Positions 18,417 to 28,065 are shown, counted from the first letter of the stretch. The stretch: DNA of 44,225 bases from an uncultured Coriobacteriaceae bacterium (GCA_902788545.1 CADAKR010000008.1:1-44225); one strand, 5' to 3'. A program made the numbers and translations. Notes: generated by a model from the sequence alone, not told the origin.

Positions 18417-18560
18417 CCCCAAGGGAATACGCCCCTTCGGCTCAACAAAAACCATCCTAAGGGGACACTCTCCTCTTTGACCAAAAGGGGATACTCCCCT
18501 TCTGGCTCTTTTGGCTCACGCTGACAAAATGAACCAAAAGGGGACTATCCCCTTTTGGTC
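18417..18560. repeat. Cluster of family-2 palindromes (two good plus two degenerate copies)
   Basis: Good copies are GACCAAAAGGGG-ATACT-CCCCTTCTGGC (18479-18506) and ACCAAAAGGGG-ACTAT-CCCCTTTTGGT (18533-18559, perfect 11-bp arms). Degenerate copies start near 18417 and 18458. Confidence 0.6.
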
Positions 18561-18624
18561 CAGCAATGCGAGAGCGGCCGCGAATTTGCGCGGCCGCCCT
18601 TCTTGTTGCAGTTGATGGCGCTGG

Positions 18625-20412
<1,788 letters not shown>

Positions 20413-20469
20413 CGAAAACACTTCCTCATAAGGTTCTAAACAAACTGGGTAATTGTAGCGCAGAACAAA

Positions 20470-20496
20470 GTGTCACCCGACCAAAGCGGGTGACAC
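20470..20496 (-). terminator. Rho-independent terminator ending the dlt-associated operon
   Basis: Perfect 10-bp stem GTGTCACCCG/CGGGTGACAC, followed on the - strand by TTTGTTCTG. Confidence 0.6.
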
Positions 20497-20514
20497 ACAA
20501 AAAAGAGCCATGCG

Positions 20515-20570
20515 AAACCGGACGCTTTGCTCAGAGGCGGACGTCCGGCTCGAAGCAGAGTGTCCGGGTT
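20515..20570. repeat. Family-1 palindrome, long chimeric copy
   Basis: AAACCGGACGCTTTGCTCAGAGGCGGAC|GTCCGGCTCGAAGCAGAGTGTCCGGGTT. The left arm is the CTCAGAGG type. The right arm matches the right arm of the 40503 copy at 24/28. The element abuts the stop codon at 20571. Confidence 0.5.
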
Positions 20571-21878
20571 TTACGCGGCAGTGCCGTTGTACCAGGGGGC
20601 TTCGCTTACGCCCTCGAACGGCGCGACGTTGAACTCGGAGGGGTCTTGGCCGATGTTGCGGACCTGCATGGTGTACTCGTTGATGTCGACCATCCAGCCG
20701 TTCGAGCCGAACGCGGAGTCGCACAAGCACCTCTTGCCGTTCTCGATGTTGGTGACGAACACGAGGCCGTGGTCGCCGTAGTCCCCGCTCTGGCGCAAGA
20801 CGATGCACGGTTCGGCGACGGCATCCGAATAACCGAAGTACTTCAGGACGTACTCGTTGAACGCGCAGAAGTTGTAGCAGTTGCCACCACCCGCCGTGAT
20901 GTACTGCTTGGCGTATTCGATGTCCCAATTCGGGCCGAGCGGCTCTTGGTTGTCGTCGCTTTCGATGTATTCGCCCCACACCACGGCGCAGTACACGTTG
21001 AACGCGTTTTCGGAAGCGCTCAGATCCTTGTTCGAATTGTCGTCGCAGAACTTCTTGACCATCTTGTCGAGCTCGGCGTCGCCCGTCGTGAAACGGCCGC
21101 CTTCCACCCACGGGTCCTCGACGCCCTCGGTGGATGCAGGCGTCGTCGAAGCCGACGAGGCCGAAGAGGCGGCTGCGCCAGAAGACGTCTGGGTGACCTG
21201 CGTTGCAGCGCTTGACGCCGCACTGCTCTGCTTTGAATCGCCCCCGCCCTTCACCGCGCAGGTGACGAGGTTGAACAGCAAGACGATGAGGATGATCGCA
21301 GCAACCGCGATGATGATCCTCTGGGGGGTCAGGAAGCTGCCGATGCCGGAGCCCGGTCCTTTGCCAGAGCCAGAACCGTAGCCGGAGCCGCCGTAACCCG
21401 AACCGTAGCCTGCGGAGTCGGAATACGCGCGCGATCTGCCCGCCTGCATCGAACGCCTCGACGCGGAAGGAGCTTGGCGAGAGCGAGCGCCCGCCGAAGC
21501 GCTTTCCTGGCGCCTCGTCGAATATCCCGATTGGCGCGTCGACGAACGTTCCGCTGAGCGGCGCTCATCGGATTGGCGCTGCCTTTGCGAGGACCGATAA
21601 CGCTGGCCGGAATCGGCTTGGCCACGCGATGAACTGCGGTAAGAGGACGCACGGTACGTTGAGGCATCGTCATGCGAGTAAGGGCTGTCGTAGCCGCCCG
21701 CATAAGAATCCTCGCGAGAAGAGGGCCTTCCATAGTTGCGCTCGTAGGCATCCTCGTAACCCGCATAGTCCGAACGATACGAAGACCTTGCGGCGTTCTG
21801 CCGCGGCGTGTTCGACGGCTCGTCGTCGTTGAAGGAGACCATGCGCCTGTTGTATCCGTAATTGTTTGCCATATGCAT
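20571..21878 (-). CDS. Single-pass membrane protein: disordered R/S/Y-rich N-terminal region plus extracellular transglutaminase-like (Cys-His-Asp) domain
   Basis: 435 aa; an alternative ATG at 21872 has better GAGGA spacing. The TM helix spans about aa 187-208, followed by an S/A/T linker. The C-terminal GGGNCYNFCAF...GDHGLVFV...CDSAF fits the transglutaminase-core triad pattern. Confidence 0.7.
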   Translation of the reverse strand: MHMANNYGYNRRMVSFNDDEPSNTPRQNAARSSYRSDYAGYEDAYERNYGRPSSREDSYAGGYDSPYSHDDASTYRASSYRSSSRGQADSGQRYRSSQRQRQSDERRSAERSSTRQSGYSTRRQESASAGARSRQAPSASRRSMQAGRSRAYSDSAGYGSGYGGSGYGSGSGKGPGSGIGSFLTPQRIIIAVAAIILIVLLFNLVTCAVKGGGDSKQSSAASSAATQVTQTSSGAAASSASSASTTPASTEGVEDPWVEGGRFTTGDAELDKMVKKFCDDNSNKDLSASENAFNVYCAVVWGEYIESDDNQEPLGPNWDIEYAKQYITAGGGNCYNFCAFNEYVLKYFGYSDAVAEPCIVLRQSGDYGDHGLVFVTNIENGKRCLCDSAFGSNGWMVDINEYTMQVRNIGQDPSEFNVAPFEGVSEAPWYNGTAA

Positions 21879-21880
21879 CC

Positions 21881-22063
21881 TCAGAATTGATTGTAGATGA
21901 AATCAGCTGACGAACCGAAACCTGAAAACACGACGAAAAGGAACAGCCCCACCAAGGCAAGCGCCACACCCCCGCCGATGCCCGCGCAGGCAACGACATT
22001 ATGGCCGGCCAGCCATATGGAAGCTTTCTCCGCGAAGCTTTTCTTCTTCGATTTCAAAGCCAC
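21881..22063 (-). CDS. dltX: DltX-like small membrane peptide (60 aa)
   Basis: GTG start with a GGTGAGG RBS 5 nt upstream. One TM helix, and the C terminus ends in DFIYNQF, matching the FxYxxF motif I recall for DltX. It lies 19 nt after the dltD stop. Confidence 0.55.
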   Translation of the reverse strand: MALKSKKKSFAEKASIWLAGHNVVACAGIGGGVALALVGLFLFVVFSGFGSSADFIYNQF

Positions 22064-22082
22064 GTTAACCTCACCGCCGCTC

Positions 22083-23249
22083 TCAACTCATGGCGAATTC
22101 GTACATCGCGCGGTCGACATCGGCCCAACCGATTGTGCCGAAGTGCACGATATCGTACAGGAAATACTTCTCGTACTCACGGTCGGAGAAATCTGCCAAC
22201 TTCACGTTCCCATGCTTGGCGGCCACGGCGCGCATGCCGTCATAGCAGGAAGCGCGCGTGTCGGCCGTAATGCCGATAAGGTCGTAATACGGCCCCATGA
22301 CCGGCGAAATGACAAGCAGGACATCGATGTTGCACGCCTCGGCGACGTCGAGGAAACAATCGAGGTCGTCGTATTCGGGCGTGTTGGAATACGTCTCGTC
22401 GGCACGCGAGCCCTCGGCGTCGGCAAGCACGGGCTCGAGCTTGTTCGTGTAGAAGCTGTCCTCCACGCCCCAATCGTTCGTGGTGCTCATGGCCGCCCCA
22501 TCGACAGCCGCCTGCTCGCGCAGCGCGTCGAAATCGGGCGTTTGAGGGCCGTCGGGCGATGTTGCAAGCGGAATGCCGCCGGCACGCACGTCGGCAAGCC
22601 CTCGCCTGATTCTCAGGTCGTCGATCGCGCCGAGCACGACCGCGTTCAGGGCGTCTTGCGGCATCGAGCCGGCGCTGGCCGACACCTGCATCTCGTCGAC
22701 GCCAAGCGACATCAGGCGATCGCGCACATAGCGCTTCGCCTCGTCGGGCACGTTGGGATTAGCCGAGAAGCCCGCGTAAAGCGAATACGAGAACCGCGTT
22801 TTGAACGTCTCGCCGTCGATGCCGCCATCGACAAACCACCCCGGGCTGATGATGAGCACGACCTTGTCGCGCGGCACGCCCTCCCGCGCATACGCGCCAA
22901 GCGCGATGGCGTGCCAGAGGCTCTGGTCGTACGCCTCGCCGACGAGCATGCAGCGCAGGCCGTAATCGTTTTCGCCGAACACGCCGACGGGCACTTGCGG
23001 CACCACTTTCTTCGGCGTGGAAAACTCGGACGAGCCGAACACGAGCAGCGAATCGTCGGTCATCGCGGATTTCGCGAAATCGACGCTCTGCGACTTCATG
23101 CCCGAATACACGTATCCGTAATCGACTTGCGGGTCGGATTGCCCCTGCGCGGGCATCGCGATTGCCACGCCGATGATGGCGCACACGGCCACCACCACCC
23201 CCGCGATGAGGGCGGCGAGCCTCGTATACAGCAACCGCGGTTCCATCAT
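22083..23249 (-). CDS. dltD: D-alanyl transfer protein DltD
   Basis: 388 aa with an N-terminal TM anchor, the LLVFGSSEF (GSSE) motif, and DltD-like length and position after dltC. Confidence 0.85.
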   Translation of the reverse strand: MMEPRLLYTRLAALIAGVVVAVCAIIGVAIAMPAQGQSDPQVDYGYVYSGMKSQSVDFAKSAMTDDSLLVFGSSEFSTPKKVVPQVPVGVFGENDYGLRCMLVGEAYDQSLWHAIALGAYAREGVPRDKVVLIISPGWFVDGGIDGETFKTRFSYSLYAGFSANPNVPDEAKRYVRDRLMSLGVDEMQVSASAGSMPQDALNAVVLGAIDDLRIRRGLADVRAGGIPLATSPDGPQTPDFDALREQAAVDGAAMSTTNDWGVEDSFYTNKLEPVLADAEGSRADETYSNTPEYDDLDCFLDVAEACNIDVLLVISPVMGPYYDLIGITADTRASCYDGMRAVAAKHGNVKLADFSDREYEKYFLYDIVHFGTIGWADVDRAMYEFAMS

Positions 23250-23262
23250 GTACTCCCGTTCG

Positions 23263-23295
23263 GTTGGACGTCTTCCTCAGAGGCGAGCGTCCAAC
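23263..23295. repeat. Family-1 palindrome (short form) inside the dlt operon
   Basis: GTTGGACG-TCTTCCTCAGAGGCGAG-CGTCCAAC in the 58-nt dltC-dltD spacer. Confidence 0.5.
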
Positions 23296-23307
23296 TTCGT
23301 GCTCGTC

Positions 23308-23553
23308 TTACAGGCGCTCGCGCACGCGCTCGACGATCTTGTTGACCGTGTTCATCTCCTCGCGTTCAAGTTCGGTCGGCGCGATAGACACGCCAAACCG
23401 CTGCTTGAGCGTGACGAGGACCTCGATGGCGCCGAGCGAATCGAGGATTTCCTCCTCGAACAGGTCGACATCGCGATAATCGCCCAGCTCGTCTTCGCCC
23501 GTCAGCTCGACGAGCATGTCGACGATCTCCTGATCAAGGTTTTCATGCGCCAT
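23308..23553 (-). CDS. dltC: D-alanyl carrier protein
   Basis: 81 aa, acidic, with the LDSLG phosphopantetheine-attachment serine context. It sits between dltB and dltD. Confidence 0.9.
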   Translation of the reverse strand: MAHENLDQEIVDMLVELTGEDELGDYRDVDLFEEEILDSLGAIEVLVTLKQRFGVSIAPTELEREEMNTVNKIVERVRERL

Positions 23554-23602
23554 TTCGCATCCTTTCCTTCACGGAAGGGCAACTGTACCCCTCCCCTGGT
23601 GC

Positions 23603-24784
23603 CTACACTGCAATCGGGTGCAACGCCTGCCCGCTGAACAGGGCGAACCCGTAAAATACCGCAATCATCGTAACCGCCCAGGAGCATATCCTGAACCAGC
23701 GGTCCTTCTTGTGCTTCTTGTAGAAGCCCCATTTGCGCTGGATGAGCTCGCAAGCCGCAAGCAGCAGCCCGTGATACAAACCGTACGCGACGAAATCGAC
23801 CGTGATGCCGTGCCAGAAACCCATGACCAGCATGTTCACGATGTAGGCAATGCACGCCGTCGTGACGGTCGATTTGAACCACGAATGCTCGAACGCAGCC
23901 GTCGTGAAGCGCATGAACACGAAATCGCGCAGCCAGTACGACAGCGTGATGTGCCAACGGTTCCAGAAGTCCTTGATGTCGACCGACAGGAACGGCGCGC
24001 GGAAATTGCGCGGCACCTCGATACCCAGCGCGAAGCCCACGCCCACGGCCATGTGCGAATAGCCCGCGAAATCGAAGAACAGGTTCAGCCCGTACATGAA
24101 CGCGTAGGCAAGCTGTGCGCACGCGAAAGCACCGGGGGTATCGCCCCCGATGGCCGCCGGGGCGAACCACATGAGCCAGCCGGTCAGCGCCGAGCCCACG
24201 AACTTGTACAAGGCGCCCAGGATGAACCACCCGGCGCCGCGGTACAGGTACTCGAGGTACTCGGTGCGCGTCAGCGTGCGATCGAGGTCCTTTTCGAACG
24301 CGCGGCTGCGCAAGATGGGACCTGAGGTGAACGTCGGGAAGAACATGAGGAAGTACAGGTAGCGCCAGGGCTGCATCGACTCGATGAGGCCGTCGCGCAA
24401 CTCGATGAGCACCTGCACCGCCTTGAACGTGATGTAGGAAATGCCGATGAAGCCGAGGAACGTCGGATCGAACAAGACCCCCACCTTGTACACGGCCAAA
24501 GGCGCAATCTGCAAGGCAAGCGCCACGCGGTACTTCGCCACCGCGCGGCTGTCCTTCATGCGGAACAGGCGCTCGACGTACTTTTCGAGCGCTAGCGAGT
24601 ACACGAGGTAGGCAAGGAAGAAGACCAGGCTGGCGAGCGACTCGCTGAACAGGAGGCCCAGCATGACGATGGAAGCCACCAAGCCGAACTTGTGCAAGGG
24701 CTTCTGAAGCAACCCGATGACGATGGCGATGCACACGACCACCGCGGTCACAATGAAGAACGCCGGCTCGGTGTAAAAACCCAT
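23603..24784 (-). CDS. dltB: D-alanyl transfer protein DltB (MBOAT family)
   Basis: About 393 aa from ATG 24784, 1 nt after the dltA stop. Multi-TM, with the conserved FWNRWHITLSYWLRDFVF histidine motif. Confidence 0.9.
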   Translation of the reverse strand: MGFYTEPAFFIVTAVVVCIAIVIGLLQKPLHKFGLVASIVMLGLLFSESLASLVFFLAYLVYSLALEKYVERLFRMKDSRAVAKYRVALALQIAPLAVYKVGVLFDPTFLGFIGISYITFKAVQVLIELRDGLIESMQPWRYLYFLMFFPTFTSGPILRSRAFEKDLDRTLTRTEYLEYLYRGAGWFILGALYKFVGSALTGWLMWFAPAAIGGDTPGAFACAQLAYAFMYGLNLFFDFAGYSHMAVGVGFALGIEVPRNFRAPFLSVDIKDFWNRWHITLSYWLRDFVFMRFTTAAFEHSWFKSTVTTACIAYIVNMLVMGFWHGITVDFVAYGLYHGLLLAACELIQRKWGFYKKHKKDRWFRICSWAVTMIAVFYGFALFSGQALHPIAV

Positions 24785-24785
24785 G

Positions 24786-26348
24786 CTAGTCCTCGAGCTG
24801 TGCGGCCAGCGCCTTGCGATCGACCTTCCCGTTCGCGTTAAGCGGCAACTCGTCAAGATACTTGAACGCCGTCGGGATCATGTACGAGGGCAGGCTTTCC
24901 CGTGCGAGCGTCTTCAGCTGCTTCGACAGCTTGAATCCGCGCTCGGACACATCGGCCGCGGGAACCACGCACGCGACAAGGTGCGATATGACGCTTTCGC
25001 GCACCACCGGCAAGACGCACACCGACTGAACCTGCGACAACGCGCCGATGACCGATTCGATATCACCGAGCTCGATGCGGTATCCGTGCAGCTTGATCTG
25101 CAAGTCGAGGCGCCCGTGAAAATGCAGCATGCCCGTATCGTCGATCTGCGCCTCGTCGCCCGTGCGATACGAGCGCTCGCCCTTGGCGATGGCGTCGGGG
25201 CAGCTGGCGAAGGCGGCTTGCGTCAGGTCGTCGCGCCCCCAGTAGCCCGCCGCCACCGTGTCACCCACGATGAACAGCTCGCCGGCCGTGTTGACCGGCA
25301 GCTCCTCGAGCGTGTCGGGATCGAGGATGGCCAGGCGCGTTCCCGGACGCGCGTATCCCACGGGAAGCGGCTTGTCGGCTGCGAGCATCTCGTCGGTGAT
25401 CTCGCAGAGCGTGACCATGTCGGTCGATTCGGTCGGGCCGTAGCCGTTGAAGATCTTCAGGTCGTCAAAACGCTCATAGGCGCGCCGGACCGTTTCGGGA
25501 CGCAGCGTCTCGCCCACGAATATCATGCGGCGCAGATCGGGCAGCAAATCCGGCCCGAACGAGGGATCGGCCAGGCACTGGTCGAGGAAGGACGGCGTGG
25601 ACACCCAATCGGTCATGCCGCTCTTGCCCATCTCCTCGAACGTGAGCGCGAGGCTCGCCTCGGCTTCTGATTCGAGCGCGAACATCGTGTCGCCTTGCGC
25701 GAGCGCGCCCGCCAAGTCGGTGACCGACAAATCGAACGAAAACGGCGCGCGGTCGAACCAGATGCGCGGACCGGGCGCCGCAAACGCGCTGGCGCAGAAC
25801 CAGTTCGTGAAGTTCGTCAGGCAGTCGGCTGTGACGACCACGCCTTTCGGCGTGCCCGTGCTGCCGCTTGTGAAGATGACGTAATGCGGATCGCGCGGGC
25901 CGACGGGAACGGGCGCAAAAGCGCCTTCTTCCGCCGGTGCGGCACAGGCTGCCTCGATGGCATCGGGGTCGAAAACGAGGCAAGATGCCTCTGGACCGAG
26001 AAGCTCTGCGAGCGTGCCGCGCGTGTCGAATGCCACGGTATCGCCCAGCTGCCCGATGATGCTGGCCACACGCGCGGCGGGATACACCACGTCGACCGGC
26101 GCATAGGCATGTCCGCTTTTCGCACAGGCAAGAAAGCACACGAGCATGAGCGGGCTCTTGTGGCCGTACACCACGAGTGGAGACCCCTGCGGAATGCTCT
26201 CGTTCGCCGCTATCCAGCGCGCGAGGGCATCGGAGCGGCTTTTCAGCTGCGCGTACGTGATGCTTTCGCCACGCGTGTTGACGAACGCGGCGCGATCAGG
26301 GTTGGCCTGCGCCTGGGCGTCGACCAACTCGAGATACGTCTTGCCCAT
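24786..26348 (-). CDS. dltA: D-alanine--D-alanyl carrier protein ligase DltA
   Basis: About 520 aa from ATG 26348. It has adenylation motifs FTSGSTGTPKGV, GELFIVG, YRTGD and GRLDLQIKLHGYRIELGDIE, plus a C-terminal NANGKVDRKAL. Confidence 0.9.
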   Translation of the reverse strand: MGKTYLELVDAQAQANPDRAAFVNTRGESITYAQLKSRSDALARWIAANESIPQGSPLVVYGHKSPLMLVCFLACAKSGHAYAPVDVVYPAARVASIIGQLGDTVAFDTRGTLAELLGPEASCLVFDPDAIEAACAAPAEEGAFAPVPVGPRDPHYVIFTSGSTGTPKGVVVTADCLTNFTNWFCASAFAAPGPRIWFDRAPFSFDLSVTDLAGALAQGDTMFALESEAEASLALTFEEMGKSGMTDWVSTPSFLDQCLADPSFGPDLLPDLRRMIFVGETLRPETVRRAYERFDDLKIFNGYGPTESTDMVTLCEITDEMLAADKPLPVGYARPGTRLAILDPDTLEELPVNTAGELFIVGDTVAAGYWGRDDLTQAAFASCPDAIAKGERSYRTGDEAQIDDTGMLHFHGRLDLQIKLHGYRIELGDIESVIGALSQVQSVCVLPVVRESVISHLVACVVPAADVSERGFKLSKQLKTLARESLPSYMIPTAFKYLDELPLNANGKVDRKALAAQLED

Positions 26349-26355
26349 GGAGATC

Positions 26356-26622
26356 CTAGTTGCTGCTCGCGTTGGAATTGTCGCTCTTCCTGGCGGGCAG
26401 GTCGTCACCGAAGCAGTCATCCTGGCCGTCGCTGCCGGAGCTGGCGCTATCGCCGCTGGCCGCAGTGCCGCTTGCCGCAGAAGCGCTCGCAGAGGCCGCG
26501 GCGCTCGAAGCGCTCGCCGATGCCGAAGAGCTGGAAGAACCGCATGCCGTCAGCGCACCGGCGCCAAGCGCCATTGAGAAAGCCAGTACGAGTGCGAGAG
26601 CCGATCGCTTCATCTTGTTCAT
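26356..26622 (-). CDS. Small S/A-rich lipoprotein (88 aa), first gene of the dlt transcription unit
   Basis: Signal peptide plus lipobox LTAC. AAGGGAG RBS 6 nt upstream. The stop lies 7 nt before the dltA ATG. The mature part is low-complexity Ser/Ala followed by an acidic DGQDDCFGDD segment. Confidence 0.55.
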   Translation of the reverse strand: MNKMKRSALALVLAFSMALGAGALTACGSSSSSASASASSAAASASASAASGTAASGDSASSGSDGQDDCFGDDLPARKSDNSNASSN

Positions 26623-26665
26623 GTTTCGCTCCCTTTGGGTTAGATGCGTGTTTTACGTCGTAACC

Positions 26666-26674
26666 ATAATATCA
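26666..26674 (-). promoter_or_regulatory. Possible extended -10 promoter (TGATATTAT) for the dlt locus
   Basis: The - strand reads TTTGATATTATGG about 40 nt upstream of the lipoprotein ATG. The -35 element is poor. Confidence 0.3.
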
Positions 26675-26805
26675 AAGGAAGCCCTGACGACACTCAACCC
26701 CCATCGCTCCTACATGCCGTGTACAAGTGCATGAAAAGAGCGGATGGCGTGGTCAGACGCCTCTGTCGCATCGCTATTTCACGCGGGTCACGATCAAGAG
26801 CATGC

Positions 26806-27990
26806 TCAGGATGGCCATGAGCGCCGAGAAGGCGAAGGCGGCTTGATAGGGAATGGCGGCGGCGCGCGCAGCGTCTGGTACACCGAAAGCAGCCAGAGCG
26901 GCGTTCCTTCGTCAACCGTCATGCTGAGAACCGAGCCAGTCACCAGGAACGTGCCGAATATGAGGGCGGCAAGGCGCGGCGAGGTCTTGTCGGCCAAAAT
27001 GCCCGACAGCGGGTTCACGAGAACGGCCGTGAACACCGTCGGCAGCGTGACGAGCCCCGTGTCAAGCGAGGTCCCGCCTTGCAGGTCCTGCACGAACAGC
27101 GGGATGATGAGCGTGACGCCCATATAGCTGGCGAACAGGAACACCGATGCGAGCAGGGCGTCGACAAAGGTGCGCGACTTGAAGATGGCCATGTCCATGA
27201 GCGGCTGGTCGATGCGAAGCTGGCGGCGCACGAACAGGATGAGGCACACCACGCCGACGGCAACCGGCGCCCACACCCATAAGCTCGCAAAACCATAGCT
27301 GCTCGCTTGGGACAGCCCCAGCAACACACCGCCGAATCCCAGCGTCGACAAGATGAACGACAGCGTTTCGAACTGAGCGCTCGCATCAGCATCGGCATCC
27401 GACCGCTTCACGAGCAGGAACACCAAGACGAGCATGACCGCTGACAGGACGAGCAGTACGAGGAAGAAGCTTCGCCATCCGAACGAGTAGTCAAGGCCGC
27501 CACCCACCGTGGGCCCGATGCTCGGCGCGAACCCGAGCGCGATGCCCGCGATGCCCATGGCGGTCGCCTGCCGCCCCTGCGGGAACTTGGTCATGGCGAT
27601 CGTCTGCATCTTGGGGATGAGCAAGCCCACCGAAACGGCCTGCAGAATGCGTCCTACGAGCATCGACCAGAATTCGGGCGCCACGAAATCGATGAGCGAG
27701 CCTGCCACGAACAGGCTGTACGAAAGCACGAGGTAGCGCCTGTCGTCGAGCTTGCGCATGAGGAACGTGGCGATGGGGACGGCCACGCCCAACACGAGCA
27801 TGTAGCCCGTCGTCAGCCACTGCCCCACCTCGACGCCCACGCCGAGTTCCGCCATGGTCGACGGCAGCATGGCGTTGAGCCCCGTTTGCGAAAGGTTTCC
27901 CAGCGCCGCCCCGATGGTGGCAAGCGCGAACAGCCAGTAGACGCCCGCCCGCGACTCGGGACGACCCGCGTTTTGCTCGATTCCAGACAT
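26806..27990 (-). CDS. MFS transporter (drug/H+ antiporter-like), 3' end probably frameshifted
   Basis: About 394 aa from ATG 27990 with at least 11 TM helices. The last ~20 aa (APPPFPIKPPSPSRRSWPS) are non-membrane-like. An alternative frame reads AAIPYQAAFAFSALMAILSMLLIVTRVK* and ends at 26774. Confidence 0.7.
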   Translation of the reverse strand: MSGIEQNAGRPESRAGVYWLFALATIGAALGNLSQTGLNAMLPSTMAELGVGVEVGQWLTTGYMLVLGVAVPIATFLMRKLDDRRYLVLSYSLFVAGSLIDFVAPEFWSMLVGRILQAVSVGLLIPKMQTIAMTKFPQGRQATAMGIAGIALGFAPSIGPTVGGGLDYSFGWRSFFLVLLVLSAVMLVLVFLLVKRSDADADASAQFETLSFILSTLGFGGVLLGLSQASSYGFASLWVWAPVAVGVVCLILFVRRQLRIDQPLMDMAIFKSRTFVDALLASVFLFASYMGVTLIIPLFVQDLQGGTSLDTGLVTLPTVFTAVLVNPLSGILADKTSPRLAALIFGTFLVTGSVLSMTVDEGTPLWLLSVYQTLRAPPPFPIKPPSPSRRSWPS

Positions 27991-28065
27991 GCGGACATGA
28001 TAGCGCACAAGCCATGCCGCTTGCTTGGCCGCACATGCGCGCACGGCGAGGCCGCCGCGTGCAGG

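Noticed and set aside
18417-18560. CRISPR-like array
   Set aside because: The repeats are palindromic, degenerate and irregularly spaced, with no unique spacers of constant length. No cas genes are in the window.
20413-20570. T-box leader upstream of aspS
   Set aside because: The spacer is about 160 nt and is occupied by an upstream terminator and a repeat. It is too short for a T-box, and no T-box consensus sequence was seen.
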